Positions 10,222 to 19,201 of a DNA stretch of 33,427 nt are shown here, in pieces. How positions within the stretch are numbered: the first letter of the stretch is position 1; each line of letters opens with the position of its first letter. The translations under genes and the position numbers were made by a program. Origin of the DNA: Planctomycetota bacterium (GTDB taxonomy: Bacteria > Planctomycetota > Planctomycetia > Pirellulales > UBA1268); contig JBJTAA010000374.1 of the NCBI GenBank assembly GCA_046090525.1, forward strand, positions 1 to 33,427. Direction: 5' to 3'. The notes under the pieces were generated by a model that searched no databases, was not told where the DNA came from, and saw nothing but the letters and a program-made list of their open reading frames with translations.

Positions 10222-10253
10222 TTGCATGGCTACCTGGAGGCAGGTATTCTGCC
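10222..10253 (+). promoter_or_regulatory. Candidate vapBC promoter (TTGCAT-N17-TATTCT) overlapped by the palindrome GGCAG-N5-CTGCC (possible VapB operator)
   Basis: Read directly: TTGCAT 10222-10227, TATTCT 10245-10250, palindrome 10239-10253. It lies 31 nt upstream of the vapB ATG, with GAAAGG as the SD. There is no experimental support. Confidence 0.3.
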
Positions 10254-10283
10254 AAGGAAGAATCTGTGTCCAGAAAGGTTGCC

Positions 10284-10541
10284 ATGACGCTCAGCATCAA
10301 GGACAACGAAGCCGACGCGATCGCCCGGCAGCTTTCGGAGCGAACCGGCGAGAGCCTGACCGTCGCCGTCAAGCGGGCCCTTCAAGAGCGGCTCGAGCGA
10401 GAGGCAGGCCGAGCGGCTTCGCAGGGCATGGCCGAGCGTCTCCTGGGCATCGGCAGACTTTGTGCCTCCCACGTTCGGGAACCCGGCCGTTCCTCCGACC
10501 ACGGCGAGTTGCTCTACGACGATCGCGGGCTGCCCCGATGA
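10284..10541 (+). CDS. vapB: Type II antitoxin, VapB family (Rv0623-like / PSK-type)
   Basis: 85 aa. [40 protein letters not shown] is the characteristic N-terminus of this antitoxin family. The stop overlaps the vapC start (ATGA at 10538-10541). Confidence 0.8.
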   Translation: MTLSIKDNEADAIARQLSERTGESLTVAVKRALQERLEREAGRAASQGMAERLLGIGRLCASHVREPGRSSDHGELLYDDRGLPR

Positions 10542-10948
10542 TCATCGACAGTTCGGCAGTGCTGGCCATCCTGTTCGCCGAGGACGACGCGGCAGCCTTC
10601 GCCACGGCTCTCGAGCGGGCCGGCGGCGGCCGCATCTCGGCGGCCACATGGCTCGAGGCGGCCATCCGGATCGACATGACGGGCAGTCCGCTGGCGAGTC
10701 TGGCATTCGACGACTTCGTGCGGGAGGCCCGGCTGGTGATCGAGCCGGTCGATGAGCCGCAGGTCCGGCTGGCGCGGGCCGCCTACCGCGCCTTCGGCCG
10801 CGGTTCCGGCCACCCGGCGGGACTGAACTTCGGCGACTGCTTCAGTTACGCGCTCTCCAAGCTCCGGGATGAGCCCCTGCTCTTCAAGGGAAGTGACTTC
10901 CCCGCGACCGACGTCCGTCCCGCCCTGACCGGAGCCTCCGCAGGCTGA
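10538..10948 (+). CDS. vapC: Type II toxin, PIN-domain ribonuclease VapC
   Basis: 136 aa. It has [12 protein letters not shown] (first acidic residue), an EDD segment, and the [12 protein letters not shown] motif. There is a 4-nt overlap with vapB. Confidence 0.85.
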   Translation: MIIDSSAVLAILFAEDDAAAFATALERAGGGRISAATWLEAAIRIDMTGSPLASLAFDDFVREARLVIEPVDEPQVRLARAAYRAFGRGSGHPAGLNFGDCFSYALSKLRDEPLLFKGSDFPATDVRPALTGASAG

Positions 10949-10957
10949 CGGCTCTCC

Positions 10958-12532
<1,575 letters not shown>

Positions 12533-12548
12533 AGGCCGGAGGCTCCCC

Positions 12549-13478
12549 ATGGCCGCCGCATCGCCGGTCGCGCCGCCCGCTCCGGTGGGCTTCATCGGCA
12601 CCGGGATCATGGGGTCGGCCATGGCGGGGCACCTGCTGGCCGCGGGGCATCCGCTGCACGTCCACAACCGCACCCGCTCCAAGGCCGAGCCGCTCCTCGC
12701 CCGCGGGGCCACGTGGCACGACAGCCCCGCCGGCGTCGCAGCCGCCGCGGAGATCGTGTTCACCATGCTGGGCGAGCCCGCCGACGTCGAGGAGGTCTCC
12801 TTCGGCGGCACCGCGCGGGTGCCCGCCGGCCAGGGGCTCGTCGAGGCCGCCCGCCCGGGCTCGCTGCTCGTCGACATGACGACGTCGCGCCCCGCCCTCG
12901 CGGAGCGGATTGCCGCGGCGGCCGCGGCCCGGGGCTGCGCCGCCGTCGATGCCCCCGTGTCGGGCGGCGACGTGGGGGCCAAGAGCGCGACGCTCGTGAT
13001 CATGGCCGGCGGTGACCCAGCGGCCTTCGCCCGCGCTCAGCCTCTGTTCGCCATCCTGGGCCGGTCCGCGACGCTCCTCGGACCGGCCGGGGCGGGCCAG
13101 CGCTGCAAGCTCGCGAACCAGGTCGCCGTGGCCGTCGGCATGGTGGCTTGGTGCGAGGCGCTCGCCCACGCCCGGGCCGGCGGTCTCGATCCGGCCGCGG
13201 TGCAGGCGGTGATCGGCGGCGGCGCAGCCGGCAGCTGGGCCCTGACGAACCTCGCCCCCCGCGCCCTGGCCGGCGACTTCGCCCCGGGCTTCCTCGTACG
13301 CCACCTCATCAAGGACATCCGCCTGGCCCGCGAGGCCGCCGCGGCCGACGGCCTGGAACTGCCCGGGCTCGTGGTGGCCGAGCAGCTCTACGAGATCCTG
13401 GCGGAGAACGGCGCCGGTGATGCGGGCACCCAAGCCCTGTACGCGCTTTACGCGACGCCACCGAAAGATCCGTCGTAG
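12549..13478 (+). CDS. NAD(P)-dependent beta-hydroxyacid dehydrogenase (3-hydroxyisobutyrate / 2-hydroxy-3-oxopropionate reductase family)
   Basis: 309 aa. It has the Rossmann motif VGFIGTGIMGSAMAGHL, DAPVSGG, and a conserved LIKD region. GGAGG lies upstream of the ATG. Confidence 0.85.
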   Translation: MAAASPVAPPAPVGFIGTGIMGSAMAGHLLAAGHPLHVHNRTRSKAEPLLARGATWHDSPAGVAAAAEIVFTMLGEPADVEEVSFGGTARVPAGQGLVEAARPGSLLVDMTTSRPALAERIAAAAAARGCAAVDAPVSGGDVGAKSATLVIMAGGDPAAFARAQPLFAILGRSATLLGPAGAGQRCKLANQVAVAVGMVAWCEALAHARAGGLDPAAVQAVIGGGAAGSWALTNLAPRALAGDFAPGFLVRHLIKDIRLAREAAAADGLELPGLVVAEQLYEILAENGAGDAGTQALYALYATPPKDPS

Positions 13479-13512
13479 CCCCAGGAGTCCGGTCACGCCG
13501 TGACCGGATCAG
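13479..13512 (+). repeat. Stop-proximal hairpin unit: CCAGGAG box plus the palindrome CCGGTCACG-C-CGTGACCGG
   Basis: It starts directly after the TAG at 13476-13478. The 19-nt palindrome is at 13489-13507. Bases 13480-13512 are the exact reverse complement of 19701-19733. Confidence 0.8.
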
Positions 13513-13577
13513 CTCGGACGCTGCCTTTGGTAGCGGACGTTGGGGCTGCGCGAGGTGTGGTGGCGTGTCTCCGACCG

Positions 13578-13716
13578 GCTCGGGGTCGCCCGTGCCGATC
13601 GAGCGGCGTAGGAAACCGAGCGCAGCAAGGATTGCGAAGCGAGGTTTCCTCCGAGCGACCGAAGGGCAGGATGCCCGCAGGGAGCGTCCGGCGAGACGGC
13701 ACGGGCGATCCCGAGC
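13578..13716 (+). repeat. Structured intergenic element, copy A (139 nt, 19-bp terminal inverted repeats)
   Basis: GCTCGGGGTCGCCCGTGCC (13578-13596) pairs with GGCACGGGCGATCCCGAGC (13698-13716). Internal stems are AGGAAACC/GGTTTCCT, GCAA-GGA-TTGC and GGGCA-GGA-TGCCC. Homologous copies lie at 15781-15922 and 29398-29536. Confidence 0.85.
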
Positions 13717-13816
13717 CTGCGCCACCAAAGACCGCGGCAGTACCGAATCCTGGGCAAACCAGAGCGTTTCGCGGTACGTTTATCCAGGTCCGGTCCCGCA
13801 CAGGAGAGCCCAACCG

Positions 13817-15763
13817 ATGCTCGCGATGCCCCGCCGATCGATCCGCCTCGCCCTGCTGACCGCCGCGTGCTTCACCTCGTCCGCCGTGCGGGCCGACCAA
13901 ACGCCCAACACGCTGTCGGAGGCCGAGCAGCGGGCCGGCTGGAAGCTGCTCTTCGATGGCAAGTCCGCCGATGCCTTCCGCAACTATCGCCGGGACTCCC
14001 TCGGCGACGGCTGGCAGGTGCGCGACGGGGCGCTCGTGCGTGTGGGCGGGGGGGCGGGCGACATCGTCACCCGCGACCAGTACGGGGCCTTCGAGTTGCA
14101 GCTCGAATATCGGATCGCCCCGGCGGGCAACAGCGGGATCATGTTCCATGTCACCGAGGAGGAACCGGCGCCCTGGATGACCGGCCCGGAGGTGCAGGTG
14201 CTCGACAACGCCGCCGGCAAGGATCCGCAGAAGGCCGGCTGGCTCTACCAGCTCTATGCCCCGATCGTTCCGGCGTGGGTGCGGAAGCTCGAGGAGGCCG
14301 CGGGCCGGAAGCCGCCGGAGCACCTCGATGCCACACGGCCGGCCGGCGAGTGGAACCACGTGTATCTCAGGGTCGCCCCGGGCGGTGGTGCGGTGGCCGT
14401 CAATGGCGTGGTCTATGAGCGATTCACGAAGGGGAGCAAGGACTGGGACGAGCGGGTCGCCAAGAGCAAGTTCGCCGCCTTCCCGAAGTTCAGCAAGGCG
14501 GAGCGGGGCCACATCTGCCTGCAGGACCACGGCGACGAGGTGGCCTACCGCTCGATCAAGGTCCGCGAGCTGCCCGCAGACGCGAGCCCGATCCCCTTCG
14601 AGGATGGCACCGCGGCGGTGCAGGCCGTGCCCGCCTTTCCCGAGGCCACCTGGGAAGGCTGGGCGCCCGAGACGGATGACGGCAAGCCCGCCACGCCGCT
14701 CCGGTCGCTCCTCGTGACGCACGCGGGCGACGGCTCGGGGCGGCGGTTCGTGCTCGACCAGTCGGGCATGATCCACGTGTTCCGGCCCGGCTCGGTGGCC
14801 GGGAAGCTGTTCCTCGACCTGCGGGCCGGCACGTCCCCCTGGGGCAAGTACGACGAGGAGGGGCTGCTCGGCCTCGCCTTCCATCCGAACTTCAAGTCCA
14901 ACGGGCAGTTCTTCCTCACCTACAGCGTCAAGGGGGAGAAGCGGGTGGAGCACCTGGCCCGCTTCACCGTCAGTCGCGACGACCCGGACCGGGCCGATCC
15001 GGCCAGCGAGGAGCTCGTGCTCGCCGTCGACCAGCCCTTCTGGAACCACAACGGCGGCTCGATCACCTTCGGGCCCGATGGCTACCTCTACTGGGGCCTC
15101 GGCGACGGCGGCAGCCGCGACGATCCCTTCGGCAACGGTCAGAAGCTCGACACGCTGCTCGGCAAGATCCTCCGGATCGACGTCGACCGTCGCGTTGAGG
15201 GCCGTCCCTACGCGATTCCCGCCGACAATCCCTTCGTGACCACGCCGGGGGCCCGCGGCGAGATCTTCGCCTACGGCTTCCGCAATCCCTGGCAGCTCGC
15301 CTTCGATTCGGCCACCGGCAAGCTCTGGGCGGCCGATGTGGGCCAGGACCTCTGGGAGGAGGTCGACATCGTGACCAAGGGGGGCAACTACGGCTGGAGC
15401 GTCCGCGAAGGGACGCAGCCCTTCGGCAACCGCCCCGCCGCGAAGGCCGACCACATCGAACCGGTCTGGGAATACGACCATCAGATCGGCAAGAGCATCA
15501 CGGGGGGCTTCGTCTACCGGGGCAAGGCGATCCCGGAACTCGTCGGGGCCTATCTCTACGGCGACTACGTCTCGGGCCGGCTCTGGGCGCTGAAGCTCGA
15601 CGAGGCCACCGGCCGGGCGACCAACCTGGCGATTCCCTGGAGCGGCCTGCCGATCTTCGGCTTCGGAACCGATGCCGACGGCGAGGCCTACGTGCTGACG
15701 AGTTCGCCGACGGGGCAGAGCGTGTTCCGGCTCGCCCCGGCGGCGAAGGCGGCGGCGCGGTGA
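13817..15763 (+). CDS. Secreted fusion protein: N-terminal DUF1080 (3-keto-disaccharide hydrolase-like) domain plus C-terminal PQQ-dependent soluble sugar dehydrogenase beta-propeller
   Basis: The start was trimmed to the ATG at 13817 (AGGAG 10 nt upstream). Signal peptide MLAMPRRSIRLALLTAACFTSSAVRA. DUF1080 pattern: GWKLLFDGKS...WQVRDGAL...GDIVTRDQYGAFELQLEYR...NSGIMFHV. sGDH pattern: HNGGSITFGPDGYLYWGLGDGG, FAYGFRNPWQLAFD, GGNYGW. Confidence 0.85.
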   Translation: MLAMPRRSIRLALLTAACFTSSAVRADQTPNTLSEAEQRAGWKLLFDGKSADAFRNYRRDSLGDGWQVRDGALVRVGGGAGDIVTRDQYGAFELQLEYRIAPAGNSGIMFHVTEEEPAPWMTGPEVQVLDNAAGKDPQKAGWLYQLYAPIVPAWVRKLEEAAGRKPPEHLDATRPAGEWNHVYLRVAPGGGAVAVNGVVYERFTKGSKDWDERVAKSKFAAFPKFSKAERGHICLQDHGDEVAYRSIKVRELPADASPIPFEDGTAAVQAVPAFPEATWEGWAPETDDGKPATPLRSLLVTHAGDGSGRRFVLDQSGMIHVFRPGSVAGKLFLDLRAGTSPWGKYDEEGLLGLAFHPNFKSNGQFFLTYSVKGEKRVEHLARFTVSRDDPDRADPASEELVLAVDQPFWNHNGGSITFGPDGYLYWGLGDGGSRDDPFGNGQKLDTLLGKILRIDVDRRVEGRPYAIPADNPFVTTPGARGEIFAYGFRNPWQLAFDSATGKLWAADVGQDLWEEVDIVTKGGNYGWSVREGTQPFGNRPAAKADHIEPVWEYDHQIGKSITGGFVYRGKAIPELVGAYLYGDYVSGRLWALKLDEATGRATNLAIPWSGLPIFGFGTDADGEAYVLTSSPTGQSVFRLAPAAKAAAR

Positions 15764-15780
15764 TGGCATAACGCCCGCAG

Positions 15781-15922
15781 GCTCGCGGGCAAGCTGATGC
15801 CATCTCGCCGGACGCTCGCTTCAGGCATCCTGCCTTCCGCTCGCTCGGAGAAAACCTCGCTTCGCCATCCTGGCTACGCTCGGTTGTCTACGCCGCTCGA
15901 TTGGCATGGGCTTGCCCCTCGC
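15781..15922 (-). repeat. Structured intergenic element, copy B (142 nt, inverted relative to copy A)
   Basis: The reverse complement aligns with copy A along its whole length. The core, from ATCGAGCGGCGTAG to GAGCGTCCGGCGAGA, is nearly identical. It starts 17 nt after the stop of the 13817-15763 gene and ends 97 nt before valS. Confidence 0.85.
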
Positions 15923-16019
15923 AGACTCTTGATGTGCCCGATCGAAATTCGGCCACTCCGCTAGAGGAAATCCGCTGATTTCGGCTACCCTGTGCGGCTT
16001 TCGGCCCGTCGCTTGCCCC

Positions 16020-19000
16020 ATGACCGAACTCGCCAAACACTACGACCACCGGGCCGCCCAGGCCCGCTGCCGGGCCCTCTGGGACTCCACCCGTGCCTGG
16101 CACGCCGAGCCTCCGGCCGCCGGCGAACCCGCGGGGCGGGTCTTCTCGATGGTGATCCCGCCGCCGAACGTCACCGGCGCCCTGCACCTCGGCCACGCCC
16201 TCAACAACACGCTCCAGGACATCCTGGTGCGGACCCGCCGGATGCAGGGCTTCCGCACGCTCTGGATGCCGGGTACCGACCACGCCGGGATCGCCACCCA
16301 GGCCGTGGTCGAGCGGCGGCTTCTGGAGGAGGAGAAACGCTCCCGCCACGACCTGGGCCGCGAGGCGCTCGTGGCCAGGATCTGGGCCTGGAAGGAACAG
16401 TACGAGAAGCGGATCCTGGGCCAGCTTCGCGACCTCGGCGCCTCGTGCGACTGGGATCGCACCCGCTTCACGCTCGACGAGCAGTGCGCGGCGGCCGTCC
16501 GCGAGGCCTTCTTTCGGCTCTTCAAGCAGGGGCTCGTCCGCCGCGGCAAGCGGCTCGTCAACTGGGACACCTTCCTGCAGACGGCCGTCAGCGACGACGA
16601 GGTCTTTCACGAGGAGGTGAAGGGCCACTTCTGGCACATCCGCTACGACGTCATCGCTCCCGAGCCGGGTGAGCCGACGAGCGTGACGGTGGCCACCACC
16701 CGGCCGGAGACCCTGCTCGGCGACACCGCCGTGGCCGTCCACCCCGACCCGGCGGCCGCCCTCGACGCGGTCGAGCAGGACCTGCGGGCGAAGCGGGCCG
16801 CCGCGCCGCCCAAGGAGCAGCCGGCGATCGATGCCGCCCTCGACGATCTGGCGGCCCGCCGCCGCGACCTCCTGCCCCGCCTCGAGACGCTCGCGGCCAT
16901 GGCCCGCGCGGGCCGGCAGGTGCGGCTGCCGCTCCTGGGCCGGGCGATTCCGCTGGTGGCCGACGAGTGGGCCAAGCCGGAGCTCGGGAGCGGCTGCGTG
17001 AAGATCACGCCGGCCCACGACCCCAACGACTACGACGTCGGCCGGCGGCGGAGCCTGCCGATGGTGAACATCCTGAATCCCGACGGCACGCTCAACGCCG
17101 AGGCCGGCCCCTACGAGGGGCTCACGATCAGGAAGGCGCGGGAGCGGGTGGTGGCCGACCTCGAGGCGGCCGGGCAGCTCGAACTCGTCGAGGACCGGCT
17201 CATCGACCTGGCCCACTCCGACCGCTCGAAGACGCCGATCGAGCCGTATCTCGCCGACCAGTGGTTCATCCGGATGGCCGAGCTCGCCCAGCCGGCGATC
17301 GACGCCGTGGCCGGCGGCCGGATCAGGATCGTTCCCGAGCGGTACGCGAAGGGCTACCTCGATTGGCTCTCCGAGAAGCGGGACTGGCCCGTGAGCCGGC
17401 AGCTCTGGTGGGGTCACCGGATCCCGATCTGGCACGTCAGCGGCGTCGCGGAGCCCGATCTGGCCAAGGCCTTCGCCGGCCGCGACGACGTGGCCTGGCG
17501 GAGCGACGAGAGCGGCGGCTGGTTCCTCTGCTCGAGCGCGGAGACGCTGCCGACCGATTCCGTCGCCGGCCGGCCGCTCGAGCGCGACCCCGACGTGCTC
17601 GACACCTGGTTCTCCTCGGCGCTCTGGCCCCACTCGTCGCTCGGCTGGCAGGCCGCCACGCCGGAGCTCGCCTGCTTCTATCCCACGAGCACGCTCGTCA
17701 CCAGCCGCGACATCCTCACGCTCTGGGTGGCCCGGATGGTGATCATGGGGGTCTTCGACACCGGCGAGATCCCGTTCCACGAGGTCTCGATCCACCCCAA
17801 GATCCTCGATCGCTACGGCGAGACGATGAGCAAGAGCAAGGGCAACGGCGTCGATCCGGTCGACGTGATCGAGGCCCTCGGGGCCGATGCGCTCCGCTTC
17901 GCCCTGGCCGGGATGGCGACCGAGACGCAGGACGTTCGCATGCCGGTCGACTTCCAGTGCCCCTCCTGCGGCCACCTGGTCGAGCAGACGGTGCAGAACC
18001 GCACCAAGCCGCGGATCGACTGCCCCAAGTGCGGCAAGCCCTTCCGCACCCAGTGGGCCGCCGGCGAGGCCGATCTCGCCCTGCCCCGCGGGCCGGCCGT
18101 GAGCGAGAAGTTCGAGGCCGGCCGCAACTTCTCGAACAAGCTCTGGAACGCCACGCGGTTCGTGCTCATGAACCTGGAGGGCTTCACCGCGGCCCCCGCC
18201 GGCGCCGACCTCACCGCCGACGCCCCGCTCGAGGACCGCTGGCTGGCCAGCCGGCTCGCCAGCGTCGTCCGCGAGGCGAGCCAGGCGATCGACGAGTATC
18301 GCTACGCCGAGCTGGCCCGCGTGCTCTACGGCTTCGCCTGGGACGAGTTCTGCAGCGCCTACCTCGAACTCTGCAAGAGCCGGCTCGCCGACCCCGCCCA
18401 CAGGGACCGTGCCCGGGCGATGCTGCTCGTCGGCCTCGACACGATCCTCAGGCTCCTGCATCCGGTGATGCCGTTCGTCACCGAGGAGATCTGGCAGCAC
18501 CTCCATGGGGCCGCCGGCGGTCGCCGCATGCCCTGGGACGATCCGACGCGGCCCCTGCCGGGCTCGATCATGACCGCCCGCTGGCCCGAGCCGCCGCGGG
18601 CCTGGATCGACGAGCGGACGGAACGCCAGTTCGGCACCTTCCTCGGCGTCGTGGGGGCCATCCGCGAGGTCCGGGCCCGGCAGAACGTGCCGCCGCGGAC
18701 GCGGGTGCCGTGCGCCATCCGCGCGGCCGGCGACGTGGCCGAGCTGCTCGCCCCGATGCGCGGGGCGATCGAGTCGATGGCCGTCGTGACGCTCGGCGAG
18801 CTCGGGCCCGCCGCGGCCGGGGCCCCCGGCTCCGCGACGGCCACGGCGTCGGGCTGCGACCTGTTCGTCGATCTGGCCGACCTGGTGGACGTCGACGCCG
18901 AGATCGCCCGGCTCGAGAAGGAGAACGCCAAGACCGAGGGCTTCATCAAGGCCAAGCAGGCGAAACTCGCCAACGAGTCCTTCACGGCCCGGGCACCCGG

Positions 19001-19112
19001 GCCCGTGGTGGCCGCCGAGCGGGCCCAGCTCGCGGAACTCGAAGATCGCCTGGCCAAGGGCCGTGCCACCCTGGCCGAACTGCGGGGCCGGGCGGGCGGC
19101 GGCCCCCGCTGA
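16020..19112 (+). CDS. valS: Valine--tRNA ligase
   Basis: 1030 aa. It has PPNVTGALHLGH (HIGH), TRPETLLGDTAVAVHP, ITPAHDPNDYDVG, TMSKSKGN (KMSKS), and a C-terminal coiled coil. Two lineage-specific insertions are described in the findings. Confidence 0.95.
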   Translation: MTELAKHYDHRAAQARCRALWDSTRAWHAEPPAAGEPAGRVFSMVIPPPNVTGALHLGHALNNTLQDILVRTRRMQGFRTLWMPGTDHAGIATQAVVERRLLEEEKRSRHDLGREALVARIWAWKEQYEKRILGQLRDLGASCDWDRTRFTLDEQCAAAVREAFFRLFKQGLVRRGKRLVNWDTFLQTAVSDDEVFHEEVKGHFWHIRYDVIAPEPGEPTSVTVATTRPETLLGDTAVAVHPDPAAALDAVEQDLRAKRAAAPPKEQPAIDAALDDLAARRRDLLPRLETLAAMARAGRQVRLPLLGRAIPLVADEWAKPELGSGCVKITPAHDPNDYDVGRRRSLPMVNILNPDGTLNAEAGPYEGLTIRKARERVVADLEAAGQLELVEDRLIDLAHSDRSKTPIEPYLADQWFIRMAELAQPAIDAVAGGRIRIVPERYAKGYLDWLSEKRDWPVSRQLWWGHRIPIWHVSGVAEPDLAKAFAGRDDVAWRSDESGGWFLCSSAETLPTDSVAGRPLERDPDVLDTWFSSALWPHSSLGWQAATPELACFYPTSTLVTSRDILTLWVARMVIMGVFDTGEIPFHEVSIHPKILDRYGETMSKSKGNGVDPVDVIEALGADALRFALAGMATETQDVRMPVDFQCPSCGHLVEQTVQNRTKPRIDCPKCGKPFRTQWAAGEADLALPRGPAVSEKFEAGRNFSNKLWNATRFVLMNLEGFTAAPAGADLTADAPLEDRWLASRLASVVREASQAIDEYRYAELARVLYGFAWDEFCSAYLELCKSRLADPAHRDRARAMLLVGLDTILRLLHPVMPFVTEEIWQHLHGAAGGRRMPWDDPTRPLPGSIMTARWPEPPRAWIDERTERQFGTFLGVVGAIREVRARQNVPPRTRVPCAIRAAGDVAELLAPMRGAIESMAVVTLGELGPAAAGAPGSATATASGCDLFVDLADLVDVDAEIARLEKENAKTEGFIKAKQAKLANESFTARAPGPVVAAERAQLAELEDRLAKGRATLAELRGRAGGGPR

Positions 19113-19201
19113 TGCAAGGGGCCGACCCTGGGGTACACTCCCTGGGTGGTCGGACGCAGACGGGCGGACGCGTCGGCCTCCCCGACTCCAGGAGCAGGCG
19201 T

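Noticed and set aside
8213-10372. N-terminal extensions of several track ORFs: 8213-10372, 13565-15763, 26032-27141, 28154-29275, 29770-31515, 6959-8041, 10110-10541, 10226-10948.
   Set aside because: Internal starts give canonical N-termini or signal peptides with AGGAG-type ribosome-binding sites. The extensions run through repeats or through neighbouring genes on the opposite strand.
13578-13716. The 139-nt elements as integron attC sites, since they have imperfect inverted repeats at gene ends.
   Set aside because: The ends lack the RYYYAAC / GTTRRRY core sites. No intI or attI is in the window, and the neighbouring genes are core genes rather than promoterless cassettes.
13500-13859. 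A 119-aa ORF starting at a GTG 12 nt after an AGGAG inside the stop-proximal hairpin and running through element copy A.
   Set aside because: The SD and GTG are part of the repeat unit itself, and similar peptide fragments appear wherever the repeat occurs, in either orientation. The translation is low-complexity and overlaps the real start of the 13817 gene out of frame.
15923-16019. A possible T-box or other leader upstream of valS, suggested by the CGAAATTCGGCC ... GATTTCGGC repeats.
   Set aside because: The ~97 nt available is too short for a T-box. No specifier or T-box consensus is visible, and the similarity between the two short motifs is weak.
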